Program-made: the position numbers and the translations under genes
NCBI GenBank assembly: GCA_964106915.2
Contig: OZ066914.1
Strand: one strand, 5' to 3'
Length of the DNA stretch: 63,964 bases
Source of the DNA: Podarcis gaigeae
Lineage: Eukaryota
Part shown: piece after piece, positions 1 through 11,909 of the stretch
How the letters are laid out: every line of letters begins with the position of its first letter
Numbering within the stretch: the first letter of the stretch is position 1
Notes under the pieces: generated by a model
What the model saw: only the letters and a program-made list of their open reading frames with translations
The model's database searches: none
Told to the model about the DNA's origin: nothing

Positions 1-85
1 TATTAAGGGGCAAGGGCAGGATACATTATTTAACTGACAAACCCGCCCTATATTCATACACAAAGAGAAGTGGGGGGAGGGAGAG

Positions 86-176
86 GCTGCAGATCCTAAC
101 CCCGTTACCTGGTAGTAACCTCCATTGAATCCAATAAGACTTACTTCTGAGTAGACATGGTTAGGATTACTCTGCG
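86..176. repeat. Exemplar of an abundant ~90-bp palindromic dispersed repeat
   Basis: GGCTGCAGATCCTAACC..TTACC..TAGTAACC.CCATTGAATCCAATAAGACTTACTTCTGAGTAGACATGGTTAGGATT; many diverged copies throughout the window. Confidence 0.7.
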
Positions 177-1056
177 ATTTATCTTCGAATTCCTAAGGGG
201 CAATGTGGAAGACTTTGTACTAAATCAAGTGGCCAATATCGTAACCAGAAGGTCTTTACCAGGACACCAGTTTAAGATTATCCAAGTCTAGGAGTTACCT
301 GGAAGTTATAATCAGAAGAGGCCTTTTCTTGCCTCCTTACTCCTCAGCTCCCCGTGCCAACTTTGGTTGTTATTCCACAACCTTCTTTTCCACTTCTTTT
401 TATCACACGAAGGATCGCCATGAAAAACTAAAATAGGCCTCGCGAGGAGTTGTTGTTAAAGGAATGGAAGAAAGAACCTCGCGGGCTATTTGAGGAACTA
501 TAAAGAGAAGTTCTTTGTTTTGAGAAACCAGCTGAAAACTTAATTAAGAGAAGCATTTTGCTGAGCCAACACAAAACCAAAAGCAAAGAGTGACAATCAA
601 TGGAAAGGAAGTCCATCCATCTCAGAATCTCTTTGCTTTGCTACATAACATTAAGAAATTGCATTTATTAATGAAAAATTAAAACCAGTATTTATATTAA
701 AAAACAAAAAAACCGGCACGACATTAATTACACTGGAAACCCATCTTAAGCCAACGTGCTTATTGAAAGCCTCACTTGGTTGCGCCGGATGTTTCCGGAG
801 AGCACAGATTTGTTTAGAACCACAGCCGAGCCCTCCAAAGCAAAAGGAATTCAAGTCCCCCACCACGGCTTTCTAGCTAATGATTGCGTTTACATGCAGG
901 CACCTCGAAGCAGCAGCACTGGGAAGCCCTGGAGTATTTCAAAAGACATTTCGAACCAAGGCCTAACGTTTGAAAAGGAAAGTTTTTCAAAGGCGAGAGA
1001 GCAGCCCTTTTATGAAGCACATGGCTCTCTATCTTTGGTTTCTTTTGTACAACACC

Positions 1057-1058
<2 letters not shown>

Positions 1059-1109
<51 letters not shown>
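1059..1109. repeat. (AC)n microsatellite in the probable HOXD1 3' UTR
   Basis: About 25 AC units. Confidence 0.95.
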
Positions 1110-1113
<4 letters not shown>

Positions 1114-1631
1114 GGGTTCTTTCCAAAACACATACAAAAAAGGAAAACACACAAAGATTCAAAACAATCAGAGGTCCAGCTGAGCAAGCCTAAGATCTTC
1201 TGCCCGTAGTATTTCCCACGAGACTTCCTCGTGAGCAAGCAAGCCTAAGGTCAAATAAACTCAGCAAGGCCAATCACAAAGTTTAGCAGCACACAGCGGC
1301 CTAAGAGCAGCTTTCCCTGAAATGCAAATAAATAAAATGTAAACAAGTCAGACGGTGCCATTTGTGCCTTGAGCGAGTTCTGCGTAAAAGCAGCAAACGT
1401 CCTTCATTCTACACGTGATAAAGCCAGCCTTTTCCCCAAGGGGAGTGCAACAACATCAGTGCAATGATTGTCTTTCTAAATAAAACAAAGCAATCCCCTC
1501 ATCTTAGAATGTGCACGATTTAACACCATTCAGAGCTTTCGAATTTATCTGGAGTTTTTGTTGTTGCTTAATTCTCTTGAGTCTTTTCAGCCTCCTGCTG
1601 TTCCTAACGCCACTCTGTGTTTCCACAGCCG

Positions 1632-1963
1632 TCAGGGCGAGCCCTTGGCTGGAGAAGAGGGAGCAGAACGCATCGCTGGCTGTGTCGGGCTCGACTCGGA
1701 GGTGGGGCTGTGAAAAGGAACCGCAGCGCAAGGGACGACCATCCCTTCCCGCTCCCTTTTCTTCTGTTTCATCCTCCGATTCTGGAACCAGATCTTCACC
1801 TGAGTATCATTGAGGCCCAGGGATTTGGCGATCTCCACGCGTCGGGCCCGGGTGAGGTACTTGTTGAAGTGAAACTCTTTCTCCAGCTCCGTGAGTTGCT
1901 TGGTGCTGAAATTGGTCCGGACAGCACTGGGAGGGCTGGGAGATCCATAGGTGGAGAGCTTGC
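1632..1963 (-). CDS. HOXD1: Homeobox protein Hox-D1, coding exon 2 (homeodomain)
   Basis: Acceptor ...ccccatagcag| then [73 protein letters not shown]; TGA at 1634-1632; 529+332=861 nt, 286 aa; LNDTQ and linkage to HOXD3/HOXD4 indicate D1. Confidence 0.95.
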
Positions 1964-2069
1964 CTGCTATGGGGTAAGAAGAGAGTTAGGGAACTGTTAG
2001 GGAATTAATGCCCAAATCATGGGACCTGGCGCTGGTTCTAACCACACAGCGTCTGAACGCACCCAGGTC

Positions 2070-2203
2070 TGTTGATTAGAGCTTAGTGCTGATAACGCCA
2101 AAGTTTGCCGGTTTATCCCCGTATGGGACAGCTGCATATTCCTGCATTGCAGGGGGTTGGACTAGATGATCCTCAGGGTCCCTTCCAACTCTACAATTCT
2201 ATG
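2070..2203 (+). mobile_element. tRNA-derived SINE with CR1-like tail in the HOXD1 intron
   Basis: tRNA-like GCTGATAACGCCAA..GGTT..ATCCCC followed by GGTTGGACTAGATGATCCTCAGGGTCCCTTCCAACTCTACAATTCTATGA; related copies at about 14795-14925(-), 24653-24803(+), 35190-35397(-). Confidence 0.75.
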
Positions 2204-2724
2204 AAACCCGGATTGGCTTATGCTGAAGAACCGCCACGTGTGCTTGTTTTAACTTCAAAGTCAATGTGGCTTGACAAAGTGGGGATGCGCACCGTGCGCC
2301 ACGTCCGTTGAACATGAATTATGTTAAGCAATAAGAACCCCCACCCCAAACGCGTTTCCTGGCTTTCACCCAGCTGCTCTTCCAAAGATATGCGCTTAGG
2401 GTCACAGCCTTAGAAGCAGGTAGATGGAAGCGATCCAAGTTCAGGAAAGGCTCTTTTACATCGGGGAAAAAGAAAGCCCCAGGTCCATGCTTTACGAGGG
2501 GTTGAACAAGTTTCCTTTCATTTCCCGCCAGATCTTAAAACCCTTTTCCATTGAATGGAAGAAAAGTACCGTCAACATCAGCAGTACTTGTTTCCAGAAT
2601 GGAAGATTGCACAGGTACTTGGGAGTAAGCCCCACGAAGTTCAGTGGCGCTCACTTCCGAGTTAACCAGCGCAGAACCAGGAGGGAGGTGGGACATGTCG
2701 GTTTCAGGCTCAGAACCCAGGACC

Positions 2725-2873
2725 CAAGGATGCCAACTTGAATAAAATATTGGGGGCCCAGGTAAGCCCTGCCCCGCGTAATAGATCACAAAACGTGGCG
2801 CGCATACACCATTTTAATAGCAATGCCCATTAACTTTGGGGGGCGAAGGGACTCTTAAGAGTTGCCTCCTACG
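2725..2873 (+). mobile_element. hAT-type MITE (family A) in the HOXD1 intron
   Basis: GCCAACTTGAATAAAATATTGGGG ... GAGTTGCCTCCTACG; 8-bp TSD CCAGGACC/CTAGGACC. Confidence 0.75.
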
Positions 2874-2938
2874 CTAGGACCCGAGTATTGGACAGCCCAC
2901 AGCTCACTTGGCGCGCCCACCCAAGGCGCGACACTTAC

Positions 2939-3467
2939 TTTTCGGGGGCGCGTTCCTCTTGACTTTCATCCACTCGAAGGTGCTGAGCGCGATCCGGGAG
3001 CCGGCCTTGACGCAGAAGTCCGAGGAAGGGGGCGGCGGGGGCGGCGCATCCTTGGCGCAAGGCTGGAAGGTGTCGCTGAGCGCGCCGTAGTCCACTTGGA
3101 GGTAAGCGCCGCCGCCGCCACCACCACCCGCAAAGATAGACGTGGTGGCGTAGTGGAGGGGAGCGCCGGCCTCGTCTGGGCCGCCGGGGGCCGCGTAAGG
3201 CGCCTCGGGCCGGAGCAAGCTGTACTCTGCCGCCGCGAAAGCGCTGCGCGCCAGGGCGCAAGGCGCCAGCTGTTGCTGCGGTTGCGCCGAGCGCGGGGAG
3301 AAGTCCGGCAAGCTTCCTGCCGCCGGCGTGGGGTAGGCGCCTTCCCCGCCCGCGGACAGGGGACAGGGCGGCCGCAGAGCCACGCCACCGGGCTCGGAGC
3401 TCCCGAATTTGGTCGCCAAGCTCAAGCCATCTCCGCCCCGCGCGAGATACTCCAGGAAGGAGTTCAT
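2939..3467 (-). CDS. HOXD1: Homeobox protein Hox-D1, coding exon 1
   Basis: ATG at 3467 (MNSFLEYL, Hox1-type N-terminus); hexapeptide TFEWMKVKRN; donor A|GTAAGT at 2939/2938; 529 nt, phase 1. Confidence 0.95.
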
Positions 3468-3609
3468 GGCGGGTCCCTGAGCAAGCGGAGAGCGCGCCGG
3501 AGAAGGGGCAGCAGGGCGACTACGAGGCAGCCACCGCGCCCGCTGCGCTCTCTGGACCACCTCCTCCTCCCTCAACCATGGTAAAGCCGGCTGGGAGGGT
3601 AAATAAGTG

Positions 3610-3662
3610 CCCTAATATAGAGCCAGGGGAGCTGGCACGTGCTCGCCGGCTGGCCAATGGGA
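3610..3662 (-). promoter_or_regulatory. HOXD1 proximal promoter (CCAAT box, E-box, TATA-like)
   Basis: CCAAT 3654-3658, CACGTG 3636-3641, TATATTA on minus at 3619-3613, about 150 bp upstream of the ATG in CpG-rich DNA. Confidence 0.65.
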
Positions 3663-4486
3663 GCCGCGAGTTAGGCGCGCGACCTGGGATGCAGCCGGCC
3701 CGTCCCGGGCATCACCAGCCACAACTTTGCCAACGGAGAAGCTGATGCAGGAAGCAGCAGCAGCGATGCGGGCGGGGGCACAGGGAGGTGCCTAGTCATG
3801 CCTGAGCCTCCGAGAAGGGTTAGGGACCCAGAGAGAGAGAGAGACCCCGGTAAGTGTGGTAAGAGACCCGTTTCTCTCATTAGCGCTGGAATGAGGTTGC
3901 TTTTACGGAGAGGGGACTCTGACCAAAGTTTGACTTTGTGCAAACGGGATCACCACCCAAGTCCATCGGGCGAGCCTTCTCAGCAAGGGATAAGCCGCTG
4001 GGACAAGGGATAAGGCGCGCGCGGAGGGCAAGGAGGGCTGGGATGCAGCTGGGAGGGAGGGTAACTAACTAGTCCGCTTCCATTAAGCGTCTCGCCCACC
4101 CCACCCCAAGAATGAATGGAAGAGTGCTCGTGTTCAGGCTCCAAGTCAGAGGTTATTCTAGGCTGGAAAATAAGTGAGAACTAGTCTGGTGTTAAGTTTA
4201 GGCGCGGGGAGAGAGAGGTCCCCTTGACCTGAAAGTAGATGTCAGTGAACTCTACAGAACTTGCTTTCAGAGTTAGGACGGGATTACCAGACAGAATCCT
4301 CTCTTTATCCGCTTGCCTTGGCCAAATCGCTGTGGTCTCAACATCTAACAGGAATGGTTATGAAATGAAATATTAATTTTAAAAGTGGGACTTTAATCCT
4401 GTTTAATGCTCACTGATGAATTTAGGCGCACCTAATAGGGTCGGGGCTCTAAAAACTGCTATAGCAATCATTTATCTTCTCCACCT

Positions 4487-4680
4487 CATAGGAGCCAACT
4501 CTTAGAGGCTGAGGTCCCTTCGTGTCCGTCCCCCCAATAAAATAGTTGAGGGACCCGAGCCCCCAAAGGTGATGGGCATTGCCATTCATGTGCGAGCGCC
4601 CCATGATGAACGCCGTGATGATGCAGGGCGGGGCTTACCGGACCCACCCCCGCAATATTTTATTCAAGTTGGCACCGCTG
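4487..4680 (-). mobile_element. hAT-type MITE (family A)
   Basis: CATAGGAGCCAACT...TATTCAAGTTGGCACCGCTG, reverse copy of the same family. Confidence 0.75.
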
Positions 4681-5854
4681 CCCCAGCTACACACACACAC
4701 ATCCTTTGACACTGTTCTCTCTTAGGCAGTCCTCTATGCTAACTGATGAGCGAAAGGCTGAATAGTTTGTTCGGTTCCACCTCTGGCTTCGCTTCCCAAA
4801 GAGCGGATATCAAATAACCTCGGCTCGGGGTTCCTCCACCTCCAGGCTGACGAGCCTACAGTCTTCTTTGGGTTGACTTGGGAGTCAACCTGAACTTCTT
4901 GGAATTGCTTTCCTCGCAGAGCCTGAACAGGGCTGCGCTGAGCCAATTCTTCAGCAATCGCTCCCTCACTCCAGTTTGGGGCGGGGAGCTCCAAACCTTG
5001 GCGCGCTCCCGCACCGCTGCCGCTTTCCATCCTGCCCTGCCCGGCCAAAGACGGGTAAGCTCTCGTCCTGCCAGGCTGGACATTAAGACGGGACTCGAGG
5101 TTCTTCCGGAACATAATAGAGCAGGTGCTTCCACTCTGCAGCAGCTGTAGTTCGAAGAGGAGTGGGGTGGGAGAAGTTCTCCACTCAGTCTAAAGTCCTG
5201 GGTCCTCCCCTGTCGTGATGTGAACGGAAGCACTGTGGTTTCCAGTGAAACTAAGTTATCGGAGTGAGGGTGGTTCGCTGCAACCTTTTCCTTCTGTCTT
5301 TGCTCAGAGAACTGAAGCACATCATCTCTCTCTCTCTCCCCACCCCCGGCGCCCCCGCGTGCGCTTTCGAATGCCTCTTTGCGCTAGGCTAAAAAGCATC
5401 CGGAAGCCAAAACAGATCAGGATGGTGTCAACAATGCGCGCTACTGTACGGAGCAGCTATTAATGGTCCTCGGCCAGCCAGTAAGTGCTCTGCGGGTCTT
5501 TGCAAGTGAATCTGAGGCCTCGCGATGTTAATGGGATTTCTTGTTTCCCTTGATAATAATAACAGCCTTGTTGCTTTAATGACTGCTTTCAGTTGGCATA
5601 GTAGAAAAGAAAGGAAGTGGGCTTACAAATGGCGAATTTTTTTCCTCCCTCCCTGTTTTTTTTTGCGGGGGGGGGCAGGCGGGGGTATTTTCCTGCTGCA
5701 GCAGAAAATTACTCCCTTCCCACCCAAAGTTTCAGATGATCATCCTGATTTGTTTCTAAGCAGTAACAAAGTACTGGCTTTTCAAAGCATAATTCTGATG
5801 ATGTCTAACTTCTGCTTTGGAGTTGTGTTTGAATCCAGGTGTCTATGCAAGAAG

Positions 5855-6444
5855 TGTGGGAATGTTCAGGGAGGCAGGAGAGGATATATTGTTTAGTAAT
5901 ATCCTTCCCAACTTGTGTTAGCAAGTTCTATAATTTAGCAGAGTAACATTCCCTTTTTAAACTTACACAGCAGATAACTTGTTGCCAGGCTTGCTTAAGT
6001 CTCTAAAATAAGTTTCCTGGTAATTCTCTTTTATTCCCTCCTAAAAAGAATAGACACGACACAGTCTTGGTATAAAATAGTTTACTCACACATTCTGTTC
6101 ACAGATGGATCCCAGAAGTCAGACTTAAGTTACAAAATATATACGCTTGGATTCTATCCCATAAGGAGATAGTTCCTTTGTCCTCACTTGGCTGGAGGCC
6201 AAGAGAGCATCTCAGGCTGAGCAGCTGATGCTTCTACAATGAAAGCAAGATGGAGGAGAGAGAGAGAGATGATGGCCAGCCCTGTGCTTATGTTACCTGC
6301 ACAGGTAAGGTCCCGCCCACCTCTTGTCACATGTGGAGGAAGTTTGTCCCAGCCTAGGAGGAAACAGGAAGTTCCAACTGGCTGGTACAAACATGGCCAC
6401 TCTAGGAATGTTGTATTTGACTGCTCTGTGTTTCACATCCCACA
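5855..6444 (-). mobile_element. Solo LTR (copy 1)
   Basis: TGTGGGA...TCCCACA termini; 5-bp TSD AGAAG (5850-5854 / 6445-6449); homologous to copies 2 and 3; strand inferred from AGTAAA plus GT-rich tract on minus. Confidence 0.85.
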
Positions 6445-7354
6445 AGAAGACCCCCCCACCCCTCAGTCTTTTGTATTTAAAATCAGTAGTTTCAGAAAAA
6501 GAAGAGCTGACATTCACACCTGATTGAAAACCATGTCTTGGACCCTGCATAGAAGGCCTTCCCTGGAGAGGGATGTCTGCTTCAGTAGTAAGGGTAATGT
6601 ATTCCAAGTCGTTGTTTTGGTACTAGTTGTATATCCACTGTTTATCATACTCTGGATATGACAGTTGGATATCACCCAGAACTTTATGGAACAATCTTAC
6701 ATTTACAGAGCAAAATATCTTCTTGAATTATATACCCAGCACATGGAACCTTACAAAAAGGCAATACAAGTGGACTTTTCGTGCCCTGGCTACAGCAAAA
6801 AGACTGATACTGTTGAATTGGAAAAATAAACACAGACTTGCCATGGACAAATTCAATGATATGTGGAATCCATTCTTACAAATACTGTGATAGGTTAAGA
6901 CAGTGCTTTTTTCTTTTTTAAAAAAATGTTTATGGGTACTCTCATTAGATTCACAAAATGTTTAGGGGTATGTGCCCCCCTGCGCCCCATCCACCCCCAA
7001 ATAAAAGCACTGGGTTAAGATCTGGTGAAGTACAATAACCACCTTGTAAAGTATACATTTTGGGAGTTTTCCCCCTCCCCACTTTATTTTCCCTTCTACA
7101 TGGGATCTGTTTCTCTTTTTCTTACTCTCTTCTTTTATTTACGTCTCACAATGTTTAGTGCACATATAATTATGTACTTTTTGAACTTTCAATATATATT
7201 TTTTAAAAGAAAGAAAGAAAGAAAGAAAGAAAGAAAATATTAAACTGCATCTCAACGAAGCTTCCCAGGTTGATATCCAGTATCAACAATAAAACCTTAA
7301 AATCATCAATAAACATAAATAATTGGTCCAACAATTTTTAGCAGTACATAATTC

Positions 7355-7988
7355 TGTGTGAGTGTTCAGGGTGGCAGGAGAGGATATATTGTTTATTAAT
7401 ATTCTTCCTAACTTACGCTAGCAAGTTCCTTTATGTAGGAGAGTTACATTCCCCTTTATATATACACAGCAGATATGTGGTTGCAGGCTCGTGTGAGCCT
7501 CTCACTATTATACAATTCAATCTGTCTCAGACTGAATTGTACGTTCCTGGCAAATTTCCTTTAATCCCTCTTAAAAGAATATAGACACAACAACCTTATT
7601 TAAAGTCAATAAAAGAAGTTTACTCACATCAGTTCACAGTTGGATTCCTGAAGGCAGACTTAGTTACAAATATGCACATGTGGATCTACCCCATATGGGG
7701 GAATAATCCCAGTGTTTCTGCTAGCTGAGAGCTAGCAGAGCAGTCCTAGGTAGAAGCTGGTCAAACAAAGAAGCAAGTCAAAAAGAGGGAGGTGTGCTGT
7801 GTGACTCGTCCTTTTGTTACCTGGGCAGGTTAGGTCACGCTCGCCTTCTATCACATGCAAAAGGAAGGATGCTCCAGCCAGGAGGAACAGGAAGTTGCGA
7901 CTGGCTGGACCAAACATTCCCTCGCATGTCTTCTCTAGCATTACAAGGAATGCTGTACTTGTCTGCCTCTCATGGATCACATCCCACA
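7355..7988 (-). mobile_element. Solo LTR (copy 2)
   Basis: TG...CA termini; 5-bp TSD AATTC (7350-7354 / 7989-7993). Confidence 0.85.
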
Positions 7989-8863
7989 AATTCCACAGCT
8001 AACGAAATAGCTAGCCATTTCACCAGTCCCTGAAGGCCAGGGGGGGAAGTGATATCAGTGAGGGAGTAGGCCCTACCTCTAATGTTAGCAAGGTCTTCAA
8101 TTGGGGTGCCATAACAGATAAAACCCTGCAGTGCCCCGCTGCAAAGGGAGCCATGTCTATGCATGGAATAACCAGCAGAGCATGCTCAAAGCCTCTCCGT
8201 CATAACTTCACATATGCTTGGCTGAGTGTACATATTGCAAAGTTGAGCACTGGTGAACTCTGTTTCTGATCAGTACTGCTATTTTATGAATGCAAACATG
8301 GGATCAAGTCCTACTGAACACATTTCCTTTGGTGTAAACAATAAGATCAGACTATCAGTTAACAGAGCTTCTAAATCATAGAGGCATCACTTGTTTTTAT
8401 AGTTTCTTGGTCTCTGTGGGTGCTCCTGCAGGGTAAGGAGCCAGCCTTATGCTGCAAGCCAATCACAGCTTTCAACTTGTTGCCATACAAATAAGGCTGC
8501 AATCATAGGCAACCCTAGAGCCTAGCATGTATGGCTTGGGTTGAAAGCATGCTGCTCTCTAGATAGGCCTGGCCCACCCATGAGGTGGAATGAAGCAGCC
8601 ACCTTAGGTGGCAGAAACCTGAGACAGCACCCACACAGGTGGCATAGCAGGTGGCGTGGTGCAGCGGAGGCAGCGGCAGGGCAGGGTGGCACTTCCCATT
8701 TCACCTCAAGCACCAAATGGGACACACCAGTCCTGCCTCCAGAACTTATTGGACTCCAACTCAAGATGTCTTTGGATCATAGAAGCCAGCCTGGTCAGGG
8801 ATGAAGGAAGTTCTAGCCCAGCAACAACTGGAGGGCCACAGGTTCCCCATCCCTGTTTTAGAG

Positions 8864-8999
8864 CAGGCATAGGCAAACTCTGCCCTCCAGATGTTTTGGG
8901 ACTACAGCTCCCATCATCCCTAGCTAACAGGACCAGTGGTCAGGGATGATGGGAGTTGTAGTCCCAAAACATCTGGAGGGCCGAGTTTACCTATTGCAG
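8864..8999. mobile_element. hAT/Charlie (URR1-like) palindromic MITE
   Basis: GGGACTACAGCTCCCATCATCCC ... GGGATGATGGGAGTTGTAGTCCC inverted arms; 8-bp TSD TTTTAGAG (8856-8863 / 9000-9007). Confidence 0.85.
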
Positions 9000-11376
9000 T
9001 TTTAGAGTATTCACGTCAATGTAATTGCATTGCTATCTTTCCAACAACCTGTTATAAGGTCAGTATTATTATCCCCACGTGGAGCTGAGGTGGAGAGAAA
9101 CTGGATTGTTTGAAGCCACCCAGTGAACTCATAGCAAACATGGGCATAGCCAGGAGTTATGTTAGGGACGGCAGGAAACCCACCTGTCACCATTCTCTGT
9201 CTGGCTCATTTTCTTTTGACCCAAGGGCTCAGAAAAATCTGCCAAAATCTTCAGTCATTTGAAAACTAGCAAGTTAAATAAGAAACGAACAACAGGGAGT
9301 ACCTTTCATGTGGTTAACGAGTATATTTTGCAAAATTACAAAGAACATGTTTTTTATTTTTTTTAAAATCTAAATTAAAACAAGATTTCTTGGATTTGCT
9401 GAAAGCCTTTTCAGCACTTCCTTCTCAAAATTCCTCCTTTCCCCAATGCAACTTTTCTGTGCGCATTCAGTAAGCAAAGTCCATTGTCAGGTCTTTACTC
9501 TCCAGAAGGTTCTGAATGACCGTTCAATGGTACAAGTGACCTCAGCGAGCATTTCAGTTTCAAATATTATAATTATTATTACTTTTAGTTAAGTGTTTTT
9601 ATTTATTTACTTGATGCGGGGGCAGCTTCCCCCCCACGTACACCCATGATAGCAAACATGAGATCTGAACCAATGATTCATTGAACTGCTGCTCAGATTC
9701 TTAGCCACTAAGCTATACCAGCTTCCTACTAAAGAGTGCAGCCCATTGAGCTTGGTTGGGAAATATTTCTGAATAATATGATTATGCCAAAAAGTCAATA
9801 TAATGTGTGCACCCAGCAGCCTGTTTATAACTAGGGTCTGTAGCTTCGGGTGTGATACCATTTACTTCTAAAGCATTCCCAGTAGGCCCAGTTGAATGAA
9901 GGGGTTTTACGACTGTGGTCTGAAGTTTTGCAAAACTCTTCTGTCATTTCAGGCACTGGTGTCATTCTAGTGCCGAGGGGGATTGTTTTTCAAAGAAGTA
10001 TATTCCAGCTGTCGTGGAAGTAAAAGAAACAAAAGGCCACATGATAGAGAGCACTTAGGTATAGAAGTCGCTTGCAGCGTGTATTGAAGAAGACTTGGCT
10101 CCGCAAAGGACCCTTCCCATATACAGATAGGTAGCCTCCATCCTTGTTGCAAACCCGGCCCTACCATGAGGAAAGTGATGCTGCCTCAGGCAGCTGATTC
10201 TGGGTGTCATGAAAGGGAAGCAAATTGCTAGTTGTTTAATTCTCTTCCTATTGTACTTGTACTGCCTGAGGACTTCTGGGATTTTCCACCTCCAGTGCCA
10301 AAATAACTCAACTACTCTTGGGTCCCTTGCATCTTGTGAGGGCCAAATTTGTTCCTCTGCGTGAGACACACAATGTCTTGGCCCAGCCTTGAAGAGCAGG
10401 GTGGGTGAAAATGTGAGCAAAGCTGCAAAATGAGTCTAGAAACAACAATTCATGTTGGGGGAAACTCCATATTGAAGGCTGGTAGAGGCTAGGTGAAACC
10501 ACACTGCATTCTATTGCCATGGTGACTGATACCCATTGGGACTGGTAGGGCAGAAGACAGAGAGCCCAACAGTAGGTGAAGACAGAGAGCCAACATCAGA
10601 CAGAGCCTACTAACTCTAGGCTGCCCCCCATCCTCCTCTTTTCATGAGTTCTACAGGGGACAACTCCTACTGGTTTCTCTGTCTTGTGATTCCTGATAGC
10701 AAAATAATTTCAGAAATAGACTTAGTTGGTCTCTAAGGTGCTACTGGAAGGAATTTCTTTATTTTATTTTATTTAGTTTCAATCTAATGCATGTTTGCTT
10801 AAAACTTCCCACAGCTCATTCGCACCCATATCTGCTTAAAACTGAACCCCGTTTTGTTCAGTGGAGTTTACTCCCAGGTGAGTGATTATAGAGTTGAAGC
10901 CTCACTGTGTAAATGGGGCTTACTTATAGGTAAATGTGCATGGATTGCAGCCTTACAATGTGATCCCACTCAGTAGTAATCCCACTATGGGTTACAGTGC
11001 TAAGTACACTTACATGCAAGTAAACCTCACTGAACTCCATGGGACTTATTTCTGAGTAAGCATAAATAACATTAGCAAATTGGGTCCCTTCGTGTCCTAT
11101 CCAGCCAGAGCCGGCCCAATGCAATTTGGCACCTGCGGCAAACCACAAAATGCAAAGAAGAGGTGAGCGAAAATTGACATTGGGAACAAGGGAGGAATAA
11201 GGATCTACATTGGGATCTGCTGCCCCTGGGGATCCTGCTGCATGAGACGGTCACCTCACATTGTCTCTCATGGGCGGACTGTCCCTGCTTCCAATTCTGT
11301 GATTTTAAGCTAAGAAGATATAAACTAGCTGACTTAACTAACTTAACTAATTTATCATTCAAATTGTTCAAAAGGA

Positions 11377-11413
<37 letters not shown>

Positions 11414-11532
11414 TTGTAACTTAGTGTGGGGGTACATTATTATTATTTATTTTATAATGCATACAAAGCACGTAAACACTTCTAAGTGCTGTACATATAT
11501 TGGAAGATAAGCCATTAGTCCTATAAAAAAGA

Positions 11533-11909
11533 GGTAAAGGACCCCTGGATGGTTAAGTCCAGTCAAAGGCGACTATGGGGTTGTAGCACTTATATCTTTT
11601 TCAGGCCGAGGGAGCCAGATTTTGTCCACAGACAGCTTTTCCAGGTTGGTGTGGCCAGCATGACTAAAGGGCTTCTGGCACAACAGAACACCATGACAGA
11701 AACCAGAGCGCACGAAAACGCCATTTACCTTCCCATTGTAGCGGTACCTATTTATCTACTTGCACTGGCATGCTTTCGAACTGCTAGATTGGCAGAAGCT
11801 GGGACAGAGCAATGGGAACTCACTCCATCGCAGGGATTCAAACCACTGAGCTTCTGATCGGCAAGGCCAAGAAGCTCAGTGGTTTAGATCACAGTGCCAC
11901 CCACGTCCC
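11533..11909 (-). mobile_element. Sauria SINE
   Basis: tRNA-like head GGGACG..GGTGGCACTGTG on minus; core GGTACCTATTTATCTACTTGCAC; ACCTTT-type tail; homologous to copies at 20089 and 23853. Confidence 0.88.

Noticed and set aside
756-1238. ORFs with HTHT/VCVC runs
   Set aside because: Translations of the (AC)n microsatellite
3468-3575. N-terminal extension of HOXD1 in the ORF track (MREEEVV...)
   Set aside because: Starts at a non-ATG codon; the conserved Hox1 start MNSFLEY is at 3467
2862-3584. 240-aa plus-strand ORF
   Set aside because: Antisense shadow of GC-rich HOXD1 exon 1; no recognisable protein features
5855-7988. LTR copies 1 and 2 as the two ends of one retroelement
   Set aside because: Each has its own distinct TSD, they belong to different subfamilies, and the spacer has no gag/pol
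10830-11075. Chains of palindromic repeats resembling a CRISPR array
   Set aside because: Eukaryotic locus; diverged MITE-like units without constant repeat-spacer structure or cas genes
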